In this document: positions 19,475 to 28,172 of the stretch, piece by piece
Layout: each line of letters starts with the position of its first letter
Numbering within the stretch: the first letter of the stretch is position 1
Source: a virus
Reading direction: 5' to 3' (one strand)
DNA: 64,000 nt
IMG/VR virus record: IMGVR_UViG_3300025446_000004
Coordinates: 1-64,000 of that record
Made by a program: the position numbers and the translations under genes
The notes under the pieces: generated by a model
Databases searched by the model: none
What the model saw: only the letters and a program-made list of their open reading frames with translations
What the model was told of the DNA's origin: nothing

Positions 19475-22438
19475 CTACCCCATCAAATCAGCAAACGGAT
19501 CAATGGATTCAGGCTCTTGCACAGCCTGTGCTTGTTCAACTTGAAAAGCCGTCCGTGGGTTATCGTCAGCCGCCATATTACTACTCAAATACGAATATTT
19601 TCCAGTACAGTAAACCAAATCCGAAAGCTCAGCCTCTCTCTGGTGGGCGGCATAATCTACGTTGGTTACTTCTAACCTACTACCCATATCCGCATACGCG
19701 CTAAACTGACTAACCAGTAATGACAATGCATCCACTATGTCATCATGAACGTCATCGCTAGTGCCGGTAAACTGCTCCATCTCGTTATAGATTTCTTCCA
19801 ACCCTTCGCAGGATTTAGAAAAATATAGTCGCTCATCCCCCAACAAACGAAGCACTGGTTTTGCTTTCAGTTGCTTTGATTTCGCCTTAGTACCTAACCC
19901 AAGCGACACGAACTCAACAGGAATGGAAATCTGTAGCTTCTGCATTTCCCGTCGCAACTCGGGACTAATCCACTTCACGCCCACAGAGTTTTCGATACAT
20001 ATCCTCTTAGGCTTCCACTTCAAACCAATAGCCGCGATCACAGACGGCAACTCATACTCATTAAACCGTCCCCTGACCATATTCAAGATGTAAAACCTAC
20101 CCCCATAAATCAGGGCAGTAATAATCACAGTGTAATCTGCCCATGACTTCAAAGAATACGCAGCATCTACTACCGATACAATCACTCCCTGTTGAGGAAG
20201 TTGTATCTGTGGAATTGTACGGCGCATCAAAAGTTCACGTGGAAACTTTATCTTATGCACCTGACGCGGATCATTGAGATACTTGATTGGAAAAACATCG
20301 GGGTCTTGTTCCTTCAAACCCATCAATGTATCATATGACAGAAGTTCAGGAAACCAAATAACCCAATCACTTGCTACTGTCTCTTCCTCAATCTTACCTA
20401 GTCGTTTGGCTTCATCTGTGAGCCAAAGCGCAGCACGAAGGTGTACCTTTGCCAAAACCGCACTATCAAATTGCCCGCTGTCAATAGAACCACGTATGTT
20501 GCCTTGCAAACCATGTCTTTCTGCACTTGAAATCTCTTTGGAAATCATCTGGCCGTAATAATCGTGCTCATCATACCACGTACCAATAACATCCAGAAAA
20601 CCATACGGATGCATTAGAGCTTTATTGATGCCTATTTGCCTGTTAACTTTTGCAAGTCGATCAAGGGTCAAACTGTTTTCGTTTGTAACCACGTCATCCA
20701 ACTTCATCACACAGTTATGTGTAACTGCACCAACTATGCAAATTGTTTCGTCCTCTTCTATCTGAACAGAAATAACAGAACCCACACCAACACGGTCTAC
20801 ACTTTCAACAATAGATGTGTCGCTTCCGTTTCTTGGGTTAGTTGGTTTTCCTTCATATAGTCCTACATTTCCCCATACACGCAAAGTATGATTCTCTTTA
20901 ACGGCCACGCTGCAAGACTGTTGCAAACCGAGTTTTTGCTTTATCATTAAAGCACCGGCAGCTATTTCATCTGATATGGTTGTCAGGCTACCACGGTCAT
21001 CTCCATCACCAGACCACATCCCACGAACAAGGGCCATCAATAATTCCCTTGGAGAATTTATTAACCATGCCGGTATATTTTTCCTGCATGGCCCAACATA
21101 CATTGACCGAAAAACATCAGTAAAAACTTTTGGTGCCTTTCGTATATAAAGAACAATCCCTCTATCACAAACCTGCTTTATTCTATAACTATCTGCTCCA
21201 TATGCAACAAAAAGTTTTCCTAAATTTTCAAAAACCTCAGTTTCATCGATATTGCCTGAAAATTGAACCTGATTATTACGAATAGAACCTTCTGCAATAA
21301 ACCAACCAAACATATTATAAACAGATTCTAACTGCGGTATAGGGGATGAGGGAGATTCATTTACAACAGGTCTCATAATTTTTGTTCCAATTACTAGATT
21401 TTCAGCATCTTCCCAACCCTGGTCTGTCAAAAACGGGTGGTCAACCGAACAAGTAACCGGGAACGCTCCAATCTTCTTAAACGTGATTGTTACTCTATCT
21501 GATAATCTTTCTTTTAATGCAACAACCCTCCTGTACCTTCCTTTATGAGTAAGAACTTTGTCTCCAATTTGAAAGTTCTTAACTTGCTTTACACCATCCT
21601 CGGTATAGACCCAAGTATCTGGAGAAAGACAATAGTGCGCACCAGACAAAGCTTGTTCAATAGATGCCGACCGTACTGACGGTTCCCTTATCTCACCAGC
21701 AGCAGCGGTTTGAAACTCTGTTTGAATACCTTCACCGGGAGGAATACAGTGTTCAGGAAACAAAACTTGAAAAATACTGGTCTCTTTATCTCCCGTAACG
21801 CGGTCCAAAACCTTACATGGCCTATAAATAGGCTTTTTTGTGGTTTCGTCTATGCTCCCGCTATCTTCCATCATAAAGTGCGCTCTAAGCTCCGAAATAA
21901 AATCAGTAGCGAGCTTGAACACTCCGGTCATAATGGCTATAGTTATCTCTGGATAGCAAACAATCCACTGTACACAATCAGCAATGTCAATAGAACTCTT
22001 AAATCCACCACGAGGAACCAAAAGCAAGCGACTTTTCAGGTCACCGTAACCATCTGCAAACGCACGAAACGTAGGAAGAGTGGGGTCTTTCTGCACAAAA
22101 AAACTATTGCATATATACTCATGTGCGCCTAACGTAACCTGACCGTATATAACCAACAACTTGCACATGAAATATAAATTAGTCTGCGCCAAAAAGCGCA
22201 GTCTCATCATTTCCCCGGTCGCATTAACCTGTTCCGCATGGTCACCAGATTCAGAAAGAAATTTATGCCAACTATCAAAAACTGCACACTGTTGTTCGTC
22301 TGATAACCTCTGGAAACTACGAACAGAAAGCTGCATGAATTCGCCGTCAGGTTCATTATCGTCATGAAGCCGATAATACTGATAGTGTTCATTCGCACGA
22401 CACTCTGCCGCTACCCGCCTAAGCTCCTCCAAGTTCAT
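19475..22438 (-). CDS. terL: Terminase large subunit (intein-containing)
   Basis: Walker A LVPRGGFKSS, Walker B MKLDD, coupling motif VIGTWY, nuclease VDAA...DY...HDDIVDAL. Confidence 0.9.
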   Translation of the reverse strand: MNLEELRRVAAECRANEHYQYYRLHDDNEPDGEFMQLSVRSFQRLSDEQQCAVFDSWHKFLSESGDHAEQVNATGEMMRLRFLAQTNLYFMCKLLVIYGQVTLGAHEYICNSFFVQKDPTLPTFRAFADGYGDLKSRLLLVPRGGFKSSIDIADCVQWIVCYPEITIAIMTGVFKLATDFISELRAHFMMEDSGSIDETTKKPIYRPCKVLDRVTGDKETSIFQVLFPEHCIPPGEGIQTEFQTAAAGEIREPSVRSASIEQALSGAHYCLSPDTWVYTEDGVKQVKNFQIGDKVLTHKGRYRRVVALKERLSDRVTITFKKIGAFPVTCSVDHPFLTDQGWEDAENLVIGTKIMRPVVNESPSSPIPQLESVYNMFGWFIAEGSIRNNQVQFSGNIDETEVFENLGKLFVAYGADSYRIKQVCDRGIVLYIRKAPKVFTDVFRSMYVGPCRKNIPAWLINSPRELLMALVRGMWSGDGDDRGSLTTISDEIAAGALMIKQKLGLQQSCSVAVKENHTLRVWGNVGLYEGKPTNPRNGSDTSIVESVDRVGVGSVISVQIEEDETICIVGAVTHNCVMKLDDVVTNENSLTLDRLAKVNRQIGINKALMHPYGFLDVIGTWYDEHDYYGQMISKEISSAERHGLQGNIRGSIDSGQFDSAVLAKVHLRAALWLTDEAKRLGKIEEETVASDWVIWFPELLSYDTLMGLKEQDPDVFPIKYLNDPRQVHKIKFPRELLMRRTIPQIQLPQQGVIVSVVDAAYSLKSWADYTVIITALIYGGRFYILNMVRGRFNEYELPSVIAAIGLKWKPKRICIENSVGVKWISPELRREMQKLQISIPVEFVSLGLGTKAKSKQLKAKPVLRLLGDERLYFSKSCEGLEEIYNEMEQFTGTSDDVHDDIVDALSLLVSQFSAYADMGSRLEVTNVDYAAHQREAELSDLVYCTGKYSYLSSNMAADDNPRTAFQVEQAQAVQEPESIDPFADLMG
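20714..21631 (-). mobile_element. Intein with LAGLIDADG endonuclease (306 aa)
   Basis: Starts CLSPDTWV, block B SVDHPFLT, GWFIAEGS and GMWSGDG motifs, ends VTHN followed by C(+1). Confidence 0.92.
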
Positions 22439-22453
22439 GGTTTTTCCTATCAG

Positions 22454-22657
22454 TTACCCGCCGTGATGCCAACCTTTCATGTTTTTTGCCAAAACCGCCA
22501 TCGATTTTACATGCGGATTAGAACTATTGGTAGCTGCTTCTAGTTTATCTTCAGGAATTTTCTCCCCTTCAGGAACATGCAGCGCCTTATGAAGGCCGCC
22601 CTTCGCTAAGTGCATAACCACGCGGTGCTTACTAAGTTTTACTGTCTCTTCTGCCAT
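22454..22657 (-). CDS. Small basic phage protein
   Basis: MAEETVKLSK...GGLHKALHVPEGEKIP; start reassigned to the ATG at 22657 after GGAG. Confidence 0.6.
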   Translation of the reverse strand: MAEETVKLSKHRVVMHLAKGGLHKALHVPEGEKIPEDKLEAATNSSNPHVKSMAVLAKNMKGWHHGG

Positions 22658-22658
22658 T

Positions 22659-23432
22659 TTATGCTCCCATAGTAGGTCCAGCAGCAGGACTAGCAGCAGG
22701 ACTAGGACCAGCCATTGCAGCCGGTGATGCAGCAGCTTCAATAGCCGCATTCGGTGACGCGCCGGGCTGATAATTTTCCGGGGTACCAGCCTCAGCCTCG
22801 GCTTCTCCGGGATTCGGAGTACCGGCATGAGTCAACATGTGATGAACCATACCATCATCATCGGCAGCATAATGATGCTCCACCGGATGATGATCGGGAT
22901 GTGTATGATGATGCTCAAAGTGATGCCCACCACCCTGTATTTTATGATGGACGATATGGCTAATCTTTTTGGGCGGCTTCTCACCAGTCTTGCCAGCAAG
23001 GCCATCCTTGGCATTTCCTGACCAATCTTTTGCCATTTTGTTTTTTGCCTCTCTGAATTTACCTGCGTCCGCTGTGTTCAACACAGCCTCACCCTTTTTA
23101 AGAACAGCGGGGCCAGTCTCAGGAACGTAGTCGGTACCTTTGTGATACTTTTTAGGAGCCGGTGTAGTTTTCTTTACGGGTTGCACCGGTTGTGACGAAC
23201 CAGAAGAATCTTGGTCGGTCTTTACGCCAAATGATTTATTAGCTTCGCGCACCTGTTGATCATGCCAAGATGTGTCTACAGGCTTTTTTCCAGTCCAAGA
23301 ATCTGGTATAATTTTATCTACCGTGTCAATGACTGTTTTCACAGGCTTTATGAGTGTGTCTTTTAAAGTATTAGACAAGCTATCTGCGGGACCATTAGCC
23401 ATTTTGTTCCACCAATCCTGTTGGGCCGCCAC
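22659..23432 (-). CDS. His-rich hypothetical protein
   Basis: 257 aa; YHKGTDYVPETGPAVLKKGEAVL motif and a dense His tract. Confidence 0.65.
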   Translation of the reverse strand: MAAQQDWWNKMANGPADSLSNTLKDTLIKPVKTVIDTVDKIIPDSWTGKKPVDTSWHDQQVREANKSFGVKTDQDSSGSSQPVQPVKKTTPAPKKYHKGTDYVPETGPAVLKKGEAVLNTADAGKFREAKNKMAKDWSGNAKDGLAGKTGEKPPKKISHIVHHKIQGGGHHFEHHHTHPDHHPVEHHYAADDDGMVHHMLTHAGTPNPGEAEAEAGTPENYQPGASPNAAIEAAASPAAMAGPSPAASPAAGPTMGA

Positions 23433-23943
23433 TTCCCCTTATCCAACAATTAAGTGTTCCCCAATGTTGTTTAGCCCATGTGTGTACCCCAATGTCGGGG
23501 TCATAATTCCGATAAAGCCCGTGGAAAATTCTCTGAGCTTGTACAAAGTTGTATGGCAACTCGCCAATACTCCTCAAGTAAAGCATCGCCATCGTAGGCC
23601 CGCGTGAACGCCCGGCGTTACACGCAACCAAAATTCTACGTCCCTCTGCTAACTGTGCATCGATAAACCGCAATCCCTTTTTTATCATTTCTTCTGGAAT
23701 ATAATTAGGATCATCGTTGTCAATATAGTTAAGAGCCATCCTGTGACCACGCACAGCCGCCAAATACTCTGGTCCCTTTGGTGCGCCACGTGTAGTGTAT
23801 CCCACTGTCTCTTTATGGCTTCCGGGACCATCCTTACAGCATCTAAGAAATGAAAAATCCGACCTACCCTTTAACTTGTTGTAGTCAGTGTCGCCGCCTA
23901 CCCACAGCTTATTGATTACTTCTTCCATCATGTGCCTCGGCAA
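23395..23943 (-). CDS. Dual-specificity/tyrosine protein phosphatase family
   Basis: ILVACNAGRSRG CX5R loop with upstream D (YIDNDD). Confidence 0.8.
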   Translation of the reverse strand: MPRHMMEEVINKLWVGGDTDYNKLKGRSDFSFLRCCKDGPGSHKETVGYTTRGAPKGPEYLAAVRGHRMALNYIDNDDPNYIPEEMIKKGLRFIDAQLAEGRRILVACNAGRSRGPTMAMLYLRSIGELPYNFVQAQRIFHGLYRNYDPDIGVHTWAKQHWGTLNCWIRGSGGPTGLVEQNG

Positions 23944-24094
23944 GAAGCTTCTCTATATCATGGGTTCCATACTTTGCCACAAATGCCTTTGCATCCAAAA
24001 ATGCATAATCCCAACGAAGCTGGTCGATACGCGCCCCATCGGAAACAGCAATCTTAAACGATCGATGTGTGTAATACTTCATCTTCTCCTCCAA
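23909..24094 (-). CDS. Hypothetical protein
   Basis: Short co-oriented ORF filling an operon gap. Confidence 0.45.
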   Translation of the reverse strand: MEEKMKYYTHRSFKIAVSDGARIDQLRWDYAFLDAKAFVAKYGTHDIEKLLAEAHDGRSNQ

Positions 24095-24102
24095 GATAAA
24101 TA

Positions 24103-24507
24103 TTAGCGAACTACATTAAACTCTCCACTAATACCACGCGGCAAAACAGCACCAGAAGTAGCCGTACCCCTTGACGCCTCATTTCCCGTGCTTCCACACG
24201 TAACCGTATATGGCGGCATAATCGGGTCACCAATATACGGAAATGGAAATGGAAATGGCTGATAAGGCGGAACTGTTGGCGCTGGAATAATAACCGGATG
24301 TGGATAAATTGGCGGTGGAACCGGCTGACCACAGTGTTTGCAGCGACCGCAATACGGACAAACGTGTTCAGGTTGGTTAACCTGAATCACTTGCCCTGTT
24401 TGCAAACCACCTGTGGTCGTACCACTCGTTTGACTGTTTGTTGCACGAGCCATAGCCGCCTTGGCTTCGTCAATGTTTTTCTTCTTTTGTGACATTCGTG
24501 TGCTCAT
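24103..24507 (-). CDS. Pro-rich protein with CPYCGRCKHCG zinc knuckle
   Basis: Motif in translation; GGAGGG RBS. Confidence 0.6.
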   Translation of the reverse strand: MSTRMSQKKKNIDEAKAAMARATNSQTSGTTTGGLQTGQVIQVNQPEHVCPYCGRCKHCGQPVPPPIYPHPVIIPAPTVPPYQPFPFPFPYIGDPIMPPYTVTCGSTGNEASRGTATSGAVLPRGISGEFNVVR

Positions 24508-24715
24508 TGATTCCCTCCGTCAGAATCTTTGGCTGCGCTTGTGAGGCTTTGATCCTATTTACAAGAGAATTCAACGTCACATTCGCAAAATCTCTTGCAA
24601 ACGTAAGGTGTACATCATCAAAGATGATGGTGATACCATTGTAATTCCACACGCGGGAAAATCCACGCGCATCCTCAAGCCCCACTTGGACTGCTTGAAT
24701 TTGTTTTGCTGGCAT
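24470..24715 (-). CDS. Hypothetical protein
   Basis: MPAKQIQ start after GGAGGAG. Confidence 0.55.
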   Translation of the reverse strand: MPAKQIQAVQVGLEDARGFSRVWNYNGITIIFDDVHLTFARDFANVTLNSLVNRIKASQAQPKILTEGINEHTNVTKEEKH

Positions 24716-24974
24716 GTAGCTCCTCCACATGTTTAGCAACTTCGTTAATAATTCTTCGTGCTTTATCGTCGGGCGTCAACTCAGGTTCAGGTACTTCTTT
24801 ATTAAGCTTTACCCGTTCATTGTCATCAGCCTTTAACCTAGCGAAACCCTGCAACGATGATTGTGCAAAAAACAATTTTTCCTGAACATCCTCAGAAGAA
24901 AGAAATACAATCCAACCCTCAAGCATCACCCGTAATCTCGAATGAACTTTGGGGTCTTTGGCAAGTTTAATCAT
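24675..24974 (-). CDS. Hypothetical protein
   Basis: Co-oriented ORF; start uncertain. Confidence 0.5.
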   Translation of the reverse strand: MIKLAKDPKVHSRLRVMLEGWIVFLSSEDVQEKLFFAQSSLQGFARLKADDNERVKLNKEVPEPELTPDDKARRIINEVAKHVEELHASKTNSSSPSGA

Positions 24975-25031
24975 TCGCTTACGCGAACAACTCTTCCAAG
25001 ACTTTGCATAGGCAACGTGTGGCATATCTCC

Positions 25032-25451
25032 TCACTTTATATACGACTGTTTCAACGGAACCACGTGGTCTGTACCCCAAAACCTCGCACGGGTTTTGTT
25101 GTCGTATGTGGACACAATGCCGCAAACTCTGTATCCTTCAGAGATACAGATTTTGTAATCAGCCTCAGACATTACTGAATCCCATTGTGGATGAGAATGT
25201 ATGAACCCAATTATGCGCTTTCCAGATGCTTCCGCTTTTTCCTTTACTTTCTCGTAATCAGCTTGATACCAAGCGACACTACTTTCCGACTGGTGTGCAT
25301 AATTCGTCGTGTACTCAAACGAATCTATGGTAGCAGTGGTAGGGGACAATACCTCACCAACTAAATAGGCAAGTATCTCCTCCTTTGAATCGCGTGCCAA
25401 TTTACGAAAATAGCAAAGCTGACCTTTCTTCAACTTCACTGTTCCGCGCAT
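25032..25451 (-). CDS. JAB/MPN (JAMM) metallo-isopeptidase domain protein
   Basis: E near N-terminus (EEILAYLVG) plus GFIHSHP-x(5)-MSEAD, a complete JAMM motif. Confidence 0.8.
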   Translation of the reverse strand: MRGTVKLKKGQLCYFRKLARDSKEEILAYLVGEVLSPTTATIDSFEYTTNYAHQSESSVAWYQADYEKVKEKAEASGKRIIGFIHSHPQWDSVMSEADYKICISEGYRVCGIVSTYDNKTRARFWGTDHVVPLKQSYIK

Positions 25452-25548
25452 AAGATTGTCCCTTCAAACTAACCCGGATAAACCGGGTCGGCTGCTCGAT
25501 TAAGTGTAAGCCATGCTCATAACAAGGCGAACAGCGGCAGCGCAAACT

Positions 25549-25788
25549 TTATATCTTAACAGGAGAAACCGCGTTGAATTCATTAACGCGCCTAACGAGT
25601 CTCAAAAATGCCTCCTGCAATTCAGCAAATTCTTTTCTCGATACATCAAAAGTATTATCTTCGTCAAGAATGTCGCCCTCATCTGTTGCAACCTCTGACG
25701 CTGGTGCTTGGTTCGCGGCAACTACCGCATCCCGATCCACACCAAAAAGATTTTCAACTGTATTTCCTGCTTCCATTGTCTCCTCCAC
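25549..25788 (-). CDS. Hypothetical acidic protein
   Basis: 79 aa co-oriented ORF. Confidence 0.55.
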   Translation of the reverse strand: MEETMEAGNTVENLFGVDRDAVVAANQAPASEVATDEGDILDEDNTFDVSRKEFAELQEAFLRLVRRVNEFNAVSPVKI

Positions 25789-26159
25789 TACAAACCGCTA
25801 ACCACCTGAATTTGATGGTCACCAGAATTCCAAATCAACTCACGAAGCACGCGCGCCAACACAATACATCCCTCACTGGCTGTACCCGGCTCCTTAATCG
25901 AGTCCCCATGAATACGAAAATCGCCACGACCAAACATCTCATTCGATGGGTCAGGCACAAGGTTCATAGTATATGGTCCCGTCTTGGGATTCATATACGG
26001 CTCAGTGATCGTATATATTCCTACTGGAAGTGGCCCCTCATTTTTCAACTGTTCGTCAGCCGGATTGTCAACATAACCGGGCGCACCAGAGTAACCACTG
26101 CCCGCGCATGCTCCCTGACCATTAAACAACTTACCGTCACACTGTTGAAATTTCCACAT
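25788..26159 (-). CDS. Tlde1/DUF2778-like L,D-transpeptidase-fold protein
   Basis: GPLPVGIY...GRGDFRIHGDS...ASEGCI (His...Cys catalytic motif). Confidence 0.8.
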   Translation of the reverse strand: MWKFQQCDGKLFNGQGACAGSGYSGAPGYVDNPADEQLKNEGPLPVGIYTITEPYMNPKTGPYTMNLVPDPSNEMFGRGDFRIHGDSIKEPGTASEGCIVLARVLRELIWNSGDHQIQVVSGL

Positions 26160-26469
26160 TTATTTCTCCCCACAAAAACACAGCCCCCGCCGGGCCAGCA
26201 GTTCCACGGCGGGGGACATTAAAAACAGGAGGGGTCGGTAGTACCAAAACCATTTCTGGCTCAAAGCACTAGGAGGAGGCCGACACCCTCCAATAGCAAT
26301 ACCGGTTTAGAGAAAAAAAGAATATATAAGAAAGGCTCTGAAACCGCTCCTCAATCTTTTTTTTCCTACTCACATAACGTTACACACGTGTCAAGTGAAT
26401 AAATTTCAACATAAAACCAATAAAATGAGACACATACACCAAAAATAACCATTTTTCATGTAATAAAAT

Positions 26470-27042
26470 TTATTTTTTATAGTAACATTTATCACGAAGG
26501 CACCGAGTCATTTCATACCACTCATCATAAGTGAATCTATCCCCCTTACCACAATTACACCGGGCACAACACGCCACACAATTTTCTTTAGAATATCCCT
26601 TGGTATTATCCTTTCGATCCAAATTGTACGCCACAGTTCCAGAAATATGCTTATACCACACCAACTCCATTCCACAATAATGACAAAACTTCTCATTAAC
26701 AAATAATAAAAACTCTTCATATGTTAAATCAACGGGGTATCTCAATTTGTTTCTATCTTTTAATACCCGATAAACTGCCTCATATGGCCGCAATCTGGCA
26801 CTCTTTCCCCATACTTCACGAATCAAACAACCACAAGACTCTCTTCCTGCTATAAGGCCGCATCTCTTCACTTTACATAACCCACCACAATCACACTTAC
26901 AAGACCACACACTGCCGCCGCGCCTAACAGGAAAAACTCTACCTAACACAACTAATTTCCCAAACCTCATTCCTGTCAAATCCTTTGGCAATCTTCTTGG
27001 TTTTTCACTACCGTACACCGGCAACCTTGGGTTTCCCATCAT
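26470..27042 (-). CDS. HNH-type homing endonuclease
   Basis: DLTGMRFGKLVV...WSCKCDCG...SCGC module plus CHYCG...LDRKDNTKGYSKENCVACCARCN. Confidence 0.85.
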   Translation of the reverse strand: MMGNPRLPVYGSEKPRRLPKDLTGMRFGKLVVLGRVFPVRRGGSVWSCKCDCGGLCKVKRCGLIAGRESCGCLIREVWGKSARLRPYEAVYRVLKDRNKLRYPVDLTYEEFLLFVNEKFCHYCGMELVWYKHISGTVAYNLDRKDNTKGYSKENCVACCARCNCGKGDRFTYDEWYEMTRCLRDKCYYKK

Positions 27043-27558
27043 ACCTCCATAAACTTTATACTAAAACACCCGTTAAATTATTACACTTCTAGCATTCCCT
27101 CTCGTCATATCTTTATACCACACAGGCACTTATGACCCGTATAGCTACACCAGTATATAGGATATTACTGGCATATATACAACCTTTTTATTATGTGCAA
27201 CATACACACAACTTGTTGATTGTAAAAGATTTACACGGTTGCCTATCGGCGTGCGAAAAGCAGGGATTCCCCCTCTGCGACCAATCATTTTCAATTGGTC
27301 AATATAATAATCCCCCGTTGTATGGCTGTTTTTGTTCATATGACTTTGTTCGACCGGGACGTATGCTTTTTCGGCGCATCAACTAGCGCCCCGTTGCCCG
27401 GAAAACCGCCCTTGCGTGGCGGAACAGACCTTACGTTGCTCCTCACTAACTGCTGTGTTATCAGGTTTCCTCAGTATGATATAAGGTTGACTAGAACAAA
27501 TACACTGAAACTACTACGAACTGGTACATGACACACCAATACGCAAGTTTCAGTTCTT

Positions 27559-27632
27559 ACTGTATCACAGTTTGTGTTATTTGTCAAGTGGTGCCGATTG
27601 GACTTGACAAATAAAGAGAGTTGTGCTACTGT
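27559..27632. promoter_or_regulatory. Back-to-back divergent sigma70-type promoters at the strand switch
   Basis: Minus: TTGACA(27587-82)-17-TACAGT; plus: TTGACA(27604-09)-17-TACTGT; both with TG extended -10. Confidence 0.75.
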
Positions 27633-27659
27633 AAAAGAAACAGTTGAAAAGGCGCGAGT

Positions 27660-27872
27660 ATGTCTGATACAGTTCATGGGCCATTCACAACCGTCCGCGA
27701 AGCTTTAGCGAAGATTGATGAGCTAACCAGCGCTAAAAAGAAGGCATTTCTCAGCAGTAGGATGGTAAAAGGCACAGATAAGTATCACAAACGGCTTGGG
27801 TTTCTTAAATCAGGAACGTTCGAGTGGTTTGTAAAAGAAGGGAAGAAATCAAATGCGTCAGATAACACGTAA
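27660..27872 (+). CDS. Hypothetical protein
   Basis: First ORF after the promoter. Confidence 0.55.
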   Translation: MSDTVHGPFTTVREALAKIDELTSAKKKAFLSSRMVKGTDKYHKRLGFLKSGTFEWFVKEGKKSNASDNT

Positions 27873-28158
27873 AGCAATCGAGAAAACGTTAGCACAGTAT
27901 GAGATTAAGCCGGGCGGCAAGGAATTCATGGCTGGTGCTATATTGTTAGCAGGACTGAATGTTGGCCCCAATGTCAAGCGTGTGGCAAAGGTTCTCAAAG
28001 TCTCCCGCAAAGAAGTACAACCCTATGCACAACGTTTGCGCCAGAGTAAGATATGGAGTGGTGGTAAGATTAACTGTGGATGGTTTGAAAAAGAAACAAG
28101 CGGTATTTCATTCTTGCTTGACCTGTCTGTAGCCATGGGATTTCTACAACGCGCATAG
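27853..28158 (+). CDS. Putative winged-helix DNA-binding protein
   Basis: NVKRVAKVLKVSRKEVQPYAQRLRQSKI HTH-like pattern. Confidence 0.5.
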   Translation: MRQITRKAIEKTLAQYEIKPGGKEFMAGAILLAGLNVGPNVKRVAKVLKVSRKEVQPYAQRLRQSKIWSGGKINCGWFEKETSGISFLLDLSVAMGFLQRA

Positions 28159-28172
28159 CCGAGGGATACCAC

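Noticed and set aside
200-27100. Numerous plus-strand ORFs in the structural region (and minus-strand ORFs after 27.6 kb)
   Set aside because: Antisense shadows of longer genes with recognisable motifs; no RBS or family signal
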